Below are positions 1-9,427 of a DNA stretch of 64,000 bases, piece by piece. The DNA lies in the NCBI GenBank assembly GCA_965204575.1, contig OZ241993.1, forward strand, positions 768,001 through 832,000. The letters are read 5' to 3'. A program made the position numbers and the translations under genes. Numbering within the stretch: position 1 is the stretch's first letter; each line of letters opens with the position of its first letter. The stretch comes from an uncultured candidatus Porisulfidus sp. (GTDB lineage Bacteria; Pseudomonadota; Gammaproteobacteria; Poriferisulfidales; Poriferisulfidaceae). The notes under the pieces were generated by a model. The model did not search any database, was not told where the DNA came from, and was given only the letters and a program-made list of their open reading frames with translations.

Positions 1-325
1 CGCGTTTTTCGGGGTTCAGGATCTTGGCGGTCTCGCCCATGAAGCGGACGCCGGCCACGACCAGGGTCCGGGCGGGCTGGGTCGTGCCGAAGCGGGCCAT
101 TTCCAGCGAATCGGCCACCAGCCCGCCGCTGATGTCCGCCAGTTCCTGCAGGTCCGGGTGGGTGTAGTAGTGGGCGACCAGGATCGCGTCTTCGCGCGCC
201 AGAAGTTCGCGCGCCTGCTCCATTAATTGTGACCGTTCCGCACGCGTGTATCCGCCCAGCCCTTCCTCGATGACACGAGTCTCAGGGTAGTCGAAAGCAA
301 CCGCCGGTGCGGAAATTCCTGTCAT
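1..325 (-). CDS. nadA: Quinolinate synthase A, 5' part (runs off window start)
   Basis: Manual translation from ATG 325: ...[33 protein letters not shown]...[20 protein letters not shown], the NadA N-terminal motifs. Not in ORF track because it is truncated by the window. Confidence 0.92.
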   Translation of the reverse strand, partial: MTGISAPAVAFDYPETRVIEEGLGGYTRAERSQLMEQARELLAREDAILVAHYYTHPDLQELADISGGLVADSLEMARFGTTQPARTLVVAGVRFMGETAKILNPEKR

Positions 326-389
326 AAAAACAATTCGTCATTGACCCTTTCACTATTATAGGACTCACTCCAGTGCGTCTGGCCATTTG

Positions 390-408
390 GTATAACCTAA
401 GTTATACT
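390..408 (+). promoter_or_regulatory. Operator palindrome overlapping the -10 of the mazEF-like operon
   Basis: GTATAAC-CTAA-GTTATAC perfect 7-4-7 inverted repeat (390-407), overlapping TATACT (403-408). Typical of TA autorepression. Confidence 0.7.
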
Positions 409-415
409 AATGATC

Positions 416-661
416 GTGAAAACCGCCATTTCCATTCGTGACGATATTTTCGAGGCTGCAGAACGCACAGCTGCGACCTTGGGTCTTTCCCGAAGTGAAC
501 TCTATGCACGAGCTGTCGCCGAATTCGTTGAGCAATGCTCTGGAGACCGAGTGACGGAGCGCCTCAACGAGGTGTACGGTGACGACGGGTCATCCTCGGA
601 TCTTGACGAGGTACTCGCGGCTTTGCAGTTTCATTCTCTGTCTGCTGAAGAAAAGTGGTGA
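416..661 (+). CDS. Ribbon-helix-helix antitoxin (MazE/ChpI-like)
   Basis: MKTAISIRDDIFEAAERTAATLGLSRSELYARAV is an RHH pattern. Overlaps the toxin start. GTG 416 preferred over ATG 410. Confidence 0.8.
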   Translation: MKTAISIRDDIFEAAERTAATLGLSRSELYARAVAEFVEQCSGDRVTERLNEVYGDDGSSSDLDEVLAALQFHSLSAEEKW

Positions 662-1002
662 AACGGGGCGAGATCTGGTGGGCGGGGTTGCCCGCGCCCC
701 GGGGGTCCGAGCCGGGCTATCGTCGTCCGGTCCTGATTATCCAGTCCGATGACTTCAATCGTAGCGGAATTCGGACAACTCTCGCCCTGGCCATCACATC
801 AAATCTGGAATTGGCAAATGCGCCGGGCAATGTCGCGCTCGGGAGACGCGGAACCGGTTTGAACCGTTCTTCGGTCATCAACGTGTCGCAAATTGTGACT
901 CTGGACAAGCGTTCCCTTACCGACCGAGTAGGAAAAGTTTCCGGTTCCATACTGACCCAGGTCGAGGAGAGTTTGCGGCTGGTTCTCGGATTCCGGCGGT
1001 AG
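655..1002 (+). CDS. mazF: PemK/MazF family endoribonuclease toxin
   Basis: RGEIWWAGLP..GSEPGYRRPVLIIQSDDFN..SVINVSQIVTLDK, the PemK/MazF motifs. Confidence 0.92.
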   Translation: MVKRGEIWWAGLPAPRGSEPGYRRPVLIIQSDDFNRSGIRTTLALAITSNLELANAPGNVALGRRGTGLNRSSVINVSQIVTLDKRSLTDRVGKVSGSILTQVEESLRLVLGFRR

Positions 1003-1031
1003 TCTGGGGCGGGAAAGTGGCCCACCGATGC

Positions 1032-1060
1032 CTTGAAAAAGGCCCCTAGTGCTCCAATTT
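1032..1060 (+). promoter_or_regulatory. Putative sigma-32 promoter of htpG
   Basis: CTTGAAA-N13/14-(C)TCCAATTT resembles the RpoH consensus CTTGAAA..CCCCATnT and lies upstream of a heat-shock gene. Confidence 0.6.
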
Positions 1061-1091
1061 AAGCCCTGTCGAAGCATTCAGGCTAAATTTC

Positions 1092-2969
1092 GTGCCCGAA
1101 CCGAAAAAACAGCACCACGCCTTCGAGGCGGAAGTCGACCAGCTATTGCACTTGGTCGCCCATTCCCTGTACTCGCACAAGGAAATCTTCCTGCGCGAAC
1201 TGATCTCCAATGCGGCGGACGCACTGGACCGGCTCCGGTTCGAAGCACTGTCGGACGACAGCCTGTACGAAGGGGACAGCGATCTGGGCATCCGCATCGA
1301 GGTCGACGAGAAAGCCCGCACGCTGACCGTTTCCGACAACGGGATCGGCATGAGCCGCGCGGAGGTGACCAGCAACATCGGCACCATCGCCCGATCCGGC
1401 ACGCGCGCGTTCCTGAAGTCGCTCGGCGAAGAGAAGCAGGGCGAGGTCAGCCAGATCGGCCAGTTCGGGGTCGGTTTCTACTCGGCATTCATCGTGGCCG
1501 ACCGGGTAACCTTGGTCACCCGTCGCGCTGGCGGCAAGCAGGGCACGTGCTGGGAATCCGACGGGCGCGGCGGTTACGACCTGTCCCGGGTAAATTCGGC
1601 TTCACGCGGCACCTCGGTCACCCTGCACCTGAAGGAGGACGAGTCGGAGTTCCTGGAAGACTACCGCCTGCGCGAGATCGTCAAGCGCTATTCGGATCAC
1701 ACGCCGTTCCCGATCCGCCTGCAGTCGCGCGATGACAAGGGGCAGGTCACGGACGACTGGGACACGGTCAACCAGGCAAAGGCGCTCTGGACCCGCCCGA
1801 AGAAGGAACTGGGTGACGAAGACTACCAAGAGTTCTACCCGCATGTCGCGCATGACCCGAACCCGCCGCTGGCCTGGACCCATCATCGGGTGGAAGGACG
1901 CAATGAGTACAGCCTGCTGCTGTACCTGCCGAGCAAGGCTCCGTTTGACTTGGCAGACCCGAATCCTCAGCACGGTGTCAAGCTGTATGTACAGCGGGTG
2001 TTCATCTTGGACGAGCCGGACAAGCTCATGCCGCGCTACCTGCGTTTCGTGCGCGGCATTGTCGACTCGAACGACCTGCCACTGAATATTTCCCGGGAGT
2101 TGCTGCAGAACAATCGCACCTTGGACACCATCCGCAGTGCTTGCGTGCGAAGGGTGTTGGACCTGCTGGAGGATTTGAGCGCCAACCAGGAAAGGACCTA
2201 CGAGGAATTCTGGACAGAATTCGGGCATGTGCTGAAAGAAGGCACGATTGAAGACATCGGCAATCAGGCACGAATTCTCAAATTGCTGCGTTTCCACTCG
2301 ACGCAAAACGACGAAGACGCGTCGAAAGTTACTCTGGACGACTACATCGGGCGCATGCAGGAGGGACAGGAGAAAATCTATTTCCTCACAATCGACAGTC
2401 TGGCTGCTGCCCGGCATAGCCCGCACCTAGAAGTCTTCAGGCAACGGGGAATCGAAGTGCTGCTGATGACGGACCCGGTCGACGAATGGGTGATGGATTG
2501 GGTTCGGGAATATGAGGGCAAATCGTTCCAGTCGGTTGCCAAGGGTGAACTGGACCTGCCAGGGACCGACGCGAAAGAGGAACCCAAAGAAGACACTGAC
2601 GAGGATCCGTTGTGTACGCGGATTCAAAAGGCTCTGGGCGACGAGGTGGAGGCAGTGCGTCGTTCTACACGCCTGACCGATTCGCCGTCTTGCCTGGTTC
2701 GGGGCGAGCACGACTTCTCGCCGGCGATGTGGGAACTGATGCGTCGACAGGGGCAGCCCCTGCCAAAACCAAAACTGATCCTAGAGGTCAACCCGGACCA
2801 CGCGCTGCTGCAGCGGATGCAAGCCGATGAAGCGCGCTTCTCGGAATGGGCGCGCTGGCTTTTGGATCAGGCGATTCTGGCGGACGGTGGCGCGCTTGAG
2901 GACCCCGGCAGCTTTGTCGGCCGGATGAACGCGCTGCTGACTTCTTCGCCAGATTCGGAGTCGGGTTAA
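1092..2969 (+). CDS. htpG: Chaperone HtpG (Hsp90)
   Basis: YSHKEIFLRELISNAADA, DNGIGM, IGQFGVGFYSAF, DLPLNISRE; 625 aa. Confidence 0.98.
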   Translation: MPEPKKQHHAFEAEVDQLLHLVAHSLYSHKEIFLRELISNAADALDRLRFEALSDDSLYEGDSDLGIRIEVDEKARTLTVSDNGIGMSRAEVTSNIGTIARSGTRAFLKSLGEEKQGEVSQIGQFGVGFYSAFIVADRVTLVTRRAGGKQGTCWESDGRGGYDLSRVNSASRGTSVTLHLKEDESEFLEDYRLREIVKRYSDHTPFPIRLQSRDDKGQVTDDWDTVNQAKALWTRPKKELGDEDYQEFYPHVAHDPNPPLAWTHHRVEGRNEYSLLLYLPSKAPFDLADPNPQHGVKLYVQRVFILDEPDKLMPRYLRFVRGIVDSNDLPLNISRELLQNNRTLDTIRSACVRRVLDLLEDLSANQERTYEEFWTEFGHVLKEGTIEDIGNQARILKLLRFHSTQNDEDASKVTLDDYIGRMQEGQEKIYFLTIDSLAAARHSPHLEVFRQRGIEVLLMTDPVDEWVMDWVREYEGKSFQSVAKGELDLPGTDAKEEPKEDTDEDPLCTRIQKALGDEVEAVRRSTRLTDSPSCLVRGEHDFSPAMWELMRRQGQPLPKPKLILEVNPDHALLQRMQADEARFSEWARWLLDQAILADGGALEDPGSFVGRMNALLTSSPDSESG

Positions 2970-3073
2970 ACGAAGCAAGTTTCCTTTATTTAATGGTTCC
3001 CCTCGCAGAGCCGCGCAACGCTAACTTGATATGATGTACTTCCAAATCCACCTGTCTGATTCTGAAAGATTGC

Positions 3074-3283
3074 ATGATGGCGAAGAATGTTAAAACCCCC
3101 AAGAGCGGGAAAATGGAATCCCACAAGACTATTAAAACTGGTCGGAGGGCTGGCGGCGTTTCCCGAGTACCAGCCACCTCTACAGGCGGTGGTAGGTGCA
3201 TTGTGACTCCGACTTCCGAACGCATCATCAAGGAAACTTCGGAAAAACGCCGGAAAGCCATGAGGGTGTTGGCAAATCGGTAG
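3074..3283 (+). CDS. Small basic protein, probable antitoxin of the downstream Doc/Fic
   Basis: 69 aa, ends RRKAMRVLANR (helix like Phd-type antitoxin C-termini). Its stop overlaps the start region of the Fic frame. Confidence 0.5.
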   Translation: MMAKNVKTPKSGKMESHKTIKTGRRAGGVSRVPATSTGGGRCIVTPTSERIIKETSEKRRKAMRVLANR

Positions 3284-3662
3284 GCGCCACTACCGTGTCA
3301 CTTGGGCAGATGCAGTCCGGGGCCATGAGGAAGCGCTCCAAGATGGCGGGACCCCAGGAATCGTAAGCGAGCATGCAATTCGGTCGGCAATTGCCCGTCC
3401 GTACCATGGTTACTACCGCCTCATTCATCAGAAGGCAGCTGCACTAGTTCACGGGGTGGTCTCCAATCACGGTTTTTCGGATGGTAACAAGCGTACAGCT
3501 CTTTATCTTGTTGAATTGTTGATTCAGAGAAGTGGCTATGAGTTTGTTGCAGATGACGAGGTGGTCGTTGAAACCATTACAAGCGTCGCACGTGGGGAAA
3601 TTGGTCACGAAAAACTTGCGAAATGGTTTCGTGAATGCATAGTCCGACCTAGTGCGCCATAG
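3276..3662 (+). CDS. Doc/Fic family toxin; start codon uncertain (ATC 3276 or GTG 3456)
   Basis: HGFSDGNKRTA Fic/Doc motif. Frame is open from 3264 and has a Doc-like N-terminus upstream of the first canonical start. Confidence 0.75.
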   Translation: MGRRHYRVTWADAVRGHEEALQDGGTPGIVSEHAIRSAIARPYHGYYRLIHQKAAALVHGVVSNHGFSDGNKRTALYLVELLIQRSGYEFVADDEVVVETITSVARGEIGHEKLAKWFRECIVRPSAP

Positions 3663-3753
3663 TTATGCGGATGCCGCAAGCACATTGCTGATCTATGGTA
3701 TGGTGTGGAGACGATCTTTGGGCATTGACAGGGGATATTGCAGGAGGAACAAA

Positions 3754-4272
3754 ATGAAAAAACAGGATTACCTTTTAGCGGGTTTGGTTGTGGCCAGCCT
3801 GTCTCTTGTTCTGGCACATGAAGCCACTGTCGCGGACGAAGATCCGGAAGTGACGCGAACCCGCCAGCATGTCGAGATGCTGGATACGCTCTACAAGACC
3901 GCCATCGTCCTGATCACGGACAAATATGTGACGGACCCTTCCAAGTTTTCAGGTGCAAGTGCGGCGAAGATGATCTTCGATGCCATGAAAGAGAGCGGCT
4001 ATCACGAAGTGCGCTTGGTCGGGCTGACTGACGTGATGGTCAACCCGGGCATTAATGCACCGCAGGATGCTTTCGAGGAAGCGGCCAAGGAGAAGATTCT
4101 CGCTGGCGAGGCGACTCACGAAGAGGTGGTCACCATCGATGGCAAACGCTACCTGCGCAAGGCGACGGCCGTTCCTGTCGTTCTGGAAAGATGTGTAATG
4201 TGCCATGGCAATTTCGCGGGGAACGATGGTGCCATCGGATCACTGATGTATACCGTGCCGCTGGTCCAGTAA
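3754..4272 (+). CDS. Exported c-type heme protein, DUF3365/Tll0287-like
   Basis: RBS AGGAGG before ATG 3754, signal peptide, NAPQDAFE motif, single C-terminal CVMCH, GSLMYTVP end. Confidence 0.8.
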   Translation: MKKQDYLLAGLVVASLSLVLAHEATVADEDPEVTRTRQHVEMLDTLYKTAIVLITDKYVTDPSKFSGASAAKMIFDAMKESGYHEVRLVGLTDVMVNPGINAPQDAFEEAAKEKILAGEATHEEVVTIDGKRYLRKATAVPVVLERCVMCHGNFAGNDGAIGSLMYTVPLVQ

Positions 4273-4305
4273 AGCGAACAGGCCAGTCATAACTGGCAAA
4301 ACCAG

Positions 4306-4331
4306 AAAAGGGGGCTTAGGCCCCCTTTTTT
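4306..4331. terminator. Bidirectional intrinsic terminator
   Basis: AAAA-GGGGGC-TTAG-GCCCCC-TTTTTT between convergent genes. Confidence 0.85.
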
Positions 4332-4365
4332 GTGTGCGAAAACCCCGCCGAATCGGAATTGCGGA

Positions 4366-5445
4366 TCAGTTTTTCTTTTCGTCTAGGCTCGCGAGAAGTT
4401 GCTCTGCCCTCTGAATCACTTCTTCCACGGTAATCAGCCCCATCACGTCCGGATCATGGATCTTGAAACCCCAGCGCAGGTCCGAAGCCTTTTTCCCAAC
4501 CCGGTAAACCGCCGCGTCATCGTAGCGGTCCACGCACCAATCGAGACTACGGTAAGGGCCGGTACGGTGCCGGTTGGAGTTGGCGTACAGGCCAAGAGCC
4601 GGGATACCGGCAATCGTCGCCATGTGAATCGGGCCGGAATCCGGGCTGATCATGAATCGTGCTCGGCGCAAAATCGCCATCAGTTGCTGCAGATTGGTGC
4701 GGCCCGCCATATTGATCGGCGGATGTCGCATTCGGGCACAGAGCTCGTTCGTGAATTTCACCTGCCAAAGTTCCCGGGAACACGTGAACACAACCCGCAT
4801 GCCATGTGCCTCGGCCAGATGGTCTCCAACCCGGACATAACGAGCGATGCGCCAATTGCGTTCCGGGTGTCCGGCGCAGGAACTGATGGCCACAATCGGC
4901 GGGCCGTCCGGCAGTTGTTCTTCCGCCCAGGCGCGTGCCATGGGATCTTCCGGGATATCCCAGCGATACTGAAACCGATCGGGCTCAATGCCGCTGGTCT
5001 TTAGGAACCCCAGGAACCCGTCGACGACATGCGGCCGGGTGTCAGGGGCGATCCGACAATTGGTGAACAGCCCGTGACCGTCCCGGGACCGGGCGCGGTC
5101 GAAACCGAGTCGCACCGGAGCGCGGACACACAGGCTGGCCAAGCCCGCGCGCAGTGCGACCTGCATCAGGAACAGGCCGTCGAATTGACGGTTTTCCAGT
5201 GTCCGGGCCAGATCCCGGTAGGCGCGCAGTCCGCGGTTCTTCCGAAAAACAATGAATTCAATCTCTTCAAATCGTTCTACCAGCGCCGCTTCGGTCTCGC
5301 CGATGACCCAGGTCAACCGTGTGTCCGGCCAGCAGTGGCGCAAGGTGTGTACCACCGGCAGCATGTGCGAGATGTCGGCAATGCCCGACACGCATAACAG
5401 GCACAGTGTTTTCGGGGGATAGGATGGGCGAGAGGATTCGGTCAT
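4366..5445 (-). CDS. Glycosyltransferase family 9 (LPS heptosyltransferase-like)
   Basis: LTWVIG, ISPDSGPIHMATIAGIPALGLY, RTGPY; paralog of 8366..9406. Confidence 0.9.
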   Translation of the reverse strand: MTESSRPSYPPKTLCLLCVSGIADISHMLPVVHTLRHCWPDTRLTWVIGETEAALVERFEEIEFIVFRKNRGLRAYRDLARTLENRQFDGLFLMQVALRAGLASLCVRAPVRLGFDRARSRDGHGLFTNCRIAPDTRPHVVDGFLGFLKTSGIEPDRFQYRWDIPEDPMARAWAEEQLPDGPPIVAISSCAGHPERNWRIARYVRVGDHLAEAHGMRVVFTCSRELWQVKFTNELCARMRHPPINMAGRTNLQQLMAILRRARFMISPDSGPIHMATIAGIPALGLYANSNRHRTGPYRSLDWCVDRYDDAAVYRVGKKASDLRWGFKIHDPDVMGLITVEEVIQRAEQLLASLDEKKN

Positions 5446-5490
5446 GCGGCCATGGGCGGGGCAGGACGGTGGGGGCTCGCAACTAGATCC

Positions 5491-7857
5491 TTATCTGGGG
5501 GGATTCGACTTTCGCGAAGGCTCGTCGACCCGGCTGGATTCCAAGCGGTTATCCGGGGGGTCGCTGCGTCTCTCTGGATCCGCCTGGGTCTGGACGTAGT
5601 GGGCACTGTGCTTAACGAACACTCCATGAGCCGTGTGATGCGCGATCAGGATGCCTCGCCATCCGGCCAGAAAGCCTTTCTGCAGCACGAAACTCTTGAA
5701 GAAAGTGGCCCACGCCCGCAACAGCGCCACGCCCGGATGGAACGCTTTCTTGCCGGAGAAGATGGTCGCATAGGATACCCCGTAGGCGGTCGAATCGATC
5801 CCCCAGGCCACCCGGTCGCGGCTCTCCTTCTCGTGCCAGAGCTTGCCCGCAAGCAAGACCGGCCTTGTCCCGTCTTTCAGTACGACCTGTTCATGAACGA
5901 GTTTGGAATCAAATTGCCCCGTTTCCCGATGGTACAGTCGAATCTTTGGTTTTCGCCCCACCCCTCCAACGGTGACGGGCTGCCCCAAGACAACCCGAGG
6001 CCGCCGCATCCTGTAGGCCTGGTCAGGGTCGCCGAAATTGATCTTCTGGATGGATTGCTTCAGCTCGTCGTCAAGCCACTCGTCCGTGTCGATGGCCAGA
6101 ACCCAAGGATGCTGAGCGTATTCGGCGGCCATATTGCGCGTCGGTCCGAATCCTGTGAACTCTCCCTCGACCACCCGGACATTTTCGAAATCGGCGCAAA
6201 GTTCGGCCGTGTTGTCCGTGCAGTTGTTCAGGTACACAATGATCTCGTCGAAGACCGCGAGCGATTTCAAGCATCGACGGATCGTTTCGGCGGAATTGGC
6301 CGAAATAATGACCACGCTGACGGGTAAATGGGCGACTGCCTGCTCCTTGGGCCTAGGGGTTGGGGTCGGCTCTTTAGCTTCTGAATCCCTTTCAGGAACT
6401 TTGGGTGCCTCCGAGCCAGCGCGTCCGTAGATGTCCTCGAAGCGTACGATGTCATCCTCGCCTAGATAATCGCCCGATTGCACCTCGATCAGGTCCAGCA
6501 CCTCCTCTGTGGGGTTTTCAAGCCGATGCTGGGTACCCTGGGGGATATAGGCGGACTGGTTCTTCGATAGCAGAAAGGTTTCCTCTCCTCGCGTCACCTT
6601 GGCAGTGCCACGCACCACGACCCAGTGCTCTGCACGGTGCCGGTGCATCTGAAGCGACAGTCGCCCGCCTGGGCGGAGACTAAGACGCTTAACCTGAAAG
6701 CCCTCGCCGTCATCCACCCGTTCATAATGTCCCCATGGGCGGTATACCTTTCTGTGGTGGCGGTACTCCTCCCGGTCTGCCCGCTTGAGTTGCTCCACTA
6801 TCTTTCGTGTGTTTTGGGTGGCGTTCCTATTCGCGACAAGGAGCGCGTCCGGGGTGTCAATGATGACAAGGCCCGTCACACCCAGTGTTGCGATGATCCG
6901 ACTTTCCGCACGGATGTAGGTGTCGCGAGTGTCCTCCAGGACCGCGTCACCTTGGATGATATTTCCTGCCTCATCCCTCTGAGCAGGTGCGAACAAATCC
7001 ATCAGCGCCGCCCATGAACCGATGTCGGACCAACCCGCAGCAAATGGCACCACGACCGCGTCCGAAGTATGTTCCATTACGGCATAGTCCACCGAGAGAC
7101 TGGGTGCCTTGGCGAAGCATTCCGCGTCCAGGCGCAGGAAACCAAGATCCTGCTTCGCATTCTTATAGGCTTTTTGTGTGGCTTCCCGGACCGGGGTCGC
7201 ATAGCGCTCAAGTTCCTCAAGGTAACAACGTGCGCCGAATACGAACATGCCACTGTTCCAGTAGCAGTCCCCGTCCTCGATCAGTGTGGCAGCCTTCTCG
7301 CGATCTGGTTTTTCCACGAACGCTTCCACGATCCGGGCACTTTTGCTGACACCGGTTACTGGCCCGGCCTTGATGTATCCGTAGCCGGTTTCGGCGTAGT
7401 CTGGAGTGGCACCGAACGCGACCAGCCTTCCTACAGCAGCCTCCTGTAGAGCTTCCTGGATTACGCCAGCAAATTTCTCGTTGTCGCGGATCACATGATC
7501 CGTTGGCATGACCAGAAGGATAGGTTCGTCATCTTCACCGCATAGGCTCAAGGCTTCCAGTGCCGCCGTGGCAATGGCGGGCGCCGTGTTTCGCGCCATG
7601 GGTTCCAGCAGGATGGCATCGGGTGTCACCCCGATGGCCTGAAGCTGTTCTGCCACCATGAACCGGTGTTCTTCGTTACAGACTACGATCGGCGAGCGAA
7701 GATCCTCAAAGGTCGTCAGCCTGAGGACAGTGGCTTGAAGCAGAGTGTGTTCGTCTACCAGGGCAATGAGCTGCTTCGGATAGGCTTCCCGGGACAGTGG
7801 CCAGAGCCTACTGCCAGTACCGCCGGAGAGAACTACAGGGAATACGGGGTGGCGCAC
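5491..7857 (-). CDS. manC: Mannose-1-P guanylyltransferase/PMI fused to a C-terminal GT2 glycosyltransferase
   Basis: GGTGSRLWPLSREAYPKQ, GWSDIGSW, cupin SLQMHRHRAEHWVVV, EDDIVRFEDIYGR, then a Pro/Glu linker and a GT2 domain (WVLAIDTDE, LVHEQV, GFLAGWRG). Confidence 0.88.
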   Translation of the reverse strand: MRHPVFPVVLSGGTGSRLWPLSREAYPKQLIALVDEHTLLQATVLRLTTFEDLRSPIVVCNEEHRFMVAEQLQAIGVTPDAILLEPMARNTAPAIATAALEALSLCGEDDEPILLVMPTDHVIRDNEKFAGVIQEALQEAAVGRLVAFGATPDYAETGYGYIKAGPVTGVSKSARIVEAFVEKPDREKAATLIEDGDCYWNSGMFVFGARCYLEELERYATPVREATQKAYKNAKQDLGFLRLDAECFAKAPSLSVDYAVMEHTSDAVVVPFAAGWSDIGSWAALMDLFAPAQRDEAGNIIQGDAVLEDTRDTYIRAESRIIATLGVTGLVIIDTPDALLVANRNATQNTRKIVEQLKRADREEYRHHRKVYRPWGHYERVDDGEGFQVKRLSLRPGGRLSLQMHRHRAEHWVVVRGTAKVTRGEETFLLSKNQSAYIPQGTQHRLENPTEEVLDLIEVQSGDYLGEDDIVRFEDIYGRAGSEAPKVPERDSEAKEPTPTPRPKEQAVAHLPVSVVIISANSAETIRRCLKSLAVFDEIIVYLNNCTDNTAELCADFENVRVVEGEFTGFGPTRNMAAEYAQHPWVLAIDTDEWLDDELKQSIQKINFGDPDQAYRMRRPRVVLGQPVTVGGVGRKPKIRLYHRETGQFDSKLVHEQVVLKDGTRPVLLAGKLWHEKESRDRVAWGIDSTAYGVSYATIFSGKKAFHPGVALLRAWATFFKSFVLQKGFLAGWRGILIAHHTAHGVFVKHSAHYVQTQADPERRSDPPDNRLESSRVDEPSRKSNPPR

Positions 7858-7927
7858 TGCGTGACAAGTCTGCTTGTATCAAGGGAGTGCCAAGGAACTA
7901 CACACTAGACGATCCCATCTAGCATTC

Positions 7928-8081
7928 GCACACGGTTGACAGATGCAAGCACGATGTTACCATGATCTTGGCCCTAGGAATTGGGGTGACGGGACGGGGA
8001 GAGGACAACGAAGCGGGGGTGTTTCGGCATCTAGTGGATACCGTCTAAGATCCGTCAACAGCGCACGGTTGACAGATGCAA
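7928..8081 (+). repeat. Two copies of a 21-bp direct repeat containing TTGACA
   Basis: GC(A/G)CACGGTTGACAGATGCAA at 7928-7948 and 8061-8081. Confidence 0.8.
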
Positions 8082-8365
8082 CGCCGCCGTGTGCGGCATT
8101 TCCAAAGGCCCCCCGGCACTGTCTATGTGGGGGCCTTACTTTTTGGAGTCGTCTTGTATGTAAATCCCTTGCGCTAACATGGACGCCTTTCATAGGGATT
8201 TGCCGTTAATGAAGAATCGAGAATCACAGTGGGTCCTGGACATTGACCGCGGTGTGGTGGCGAGTATTTGCGCAATCCCGATTAAACGGCGATTCTGAAC
8301 CGACGGGACCTACCGATGCCGCCGATGCGGTTGTTGCGTCTTCAACTTCCCTGATCATTAACGCT

Positions 8366-9406
8366 ATGGATAATCCGCCGAAATCCATCTGTCTTTTGCG
8401 CCTGTCCGCGATAGGGGATGTCGCACATATGGTTCCGGTCGTGCGCACGATCCAAAAGTATTGGCCCGAGACCGCACTGACTTGGATCATAGGGAAAAAC
8501 GAGGCCCGTCTTGTCTCCGACATGCCGGATATTGAATTTATCGAATTCGACAAAGCCAACTTTCTGAAAAGCTTGTGCTCGGTTGGCCGAAAGGTCCAGC
8601 ACCGGAGGTTCGATGTTCTGCTGTGCCCCCAAGTCTCATTGAGGGCGAATGTCATAAGCGCGTTGGTTCGTGCGGACCTGAAACTCGGCTACGACAAGAC
8701 CCGCGCCAAGGACCTGCACTCCTTGTTTTTCCGCCAGCATGTCGCATCGGCGCCGCGGCAACATGTGCTGGACAGTTTTTTCAGTTTTGCCGAGCACCTC
8801 GGCTTGCGCGAGCGCGACTTGCGTTGGGATTACCTCATCCCGGACGAAGCCCGCGAATTCGCTCGACAATGCTTGGCGGATGATCGCTTCAACGTGCTCA
8901 TCAGCCCGTGCTCCAGCCATCCATTGCGAAACTGGAGCGCGCCCCGCTACGCTGCCGTCGCTGACCACGCGGCCCGCGCACTGGATGCTCGGGTCATCCT
9001 TTGTGGGGGGCCGTCAGAACAGGAACATCAGATGGGCCGAGAGATCGAGAGACATATGCAATCGGAAGCCCTGAACCTGATCGGCAAGGACACCCTTAAG
9101 AAATTCCTGGCCCTGCTTGAGGGCGCGGATGTCCTCATCTCGCCGGACTCGGGTCCCGCGCACATGGCCGCCGGAGTAGGCACACCCGTCATCGGCCTGT
9201 ACGCGGCGAGCAACCCGCATCGCAGTGGGCCCTACCTCAGTCAGCAATGGTGCGTGAACAAGTATGGAATGGCTGCGCAAGCGTTCAGGAACAAGTCCGA
9301 GGATGAATTAAAATGGGGAACGAAACTGGAATATGAGGGCGTCATGGACTTGATCGAAGTAGATGAAGTCACCTCTCGTCTGGACGCGCTTGCCGGAAAT
9401 CGATAA
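8366..9406 (+). CDS. Glycosyltransferase family 9 (LPS heptosyltransferase-like)
   Basis: ICLLRLSAIGDVAH, ISPDSGPAHMA, SGPY. Start moved to ATG 8366 by comparison with the paralog. Confidence 0.92.
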   Translation: MDNPPKSICLLRLSAIGDVAHMVPVVRTIQKYWPETALTWIIGKNEARLVSDMPDIEFIEFDKANFLKSLCSVGRKVQHRRFDVLLCPQVSLRANVISALVRADLKLGYDKTRAKDLHSLFFRQHVASAPRQHVLDSFFSFAEHLGLRERDLRWDYLIPDEAREFARQCLADDRFNVLISPCSSHPLRNWSAPRYAAVADHAARALDARVILCGGPSEQEHQMGREIERHMQSEALNLIGKDTLKKFLALLEGADVLISPDSGPAHMAAGVGTPVIGLYAASNPHRSGPYLSQQWCVNKYGMAAQAFRNKSEDELKWGTKLEYEGVMDLIEVDEVTSRLDALAGNR

Positions 9407-9427
9407 CCGACTGCTAGGATTCGGACT

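Noticed and set aside
7903-7916. 14-nt exact match (CACTAGACGATCCC) to tRNA-Gln at 55362-55375 as a possible att site
   Set aside because: Matches of this length are expected by chance in a 64-kb self-comparison; it is the tRNA 5' part, not the usual 3' att core, and no integrase is present.
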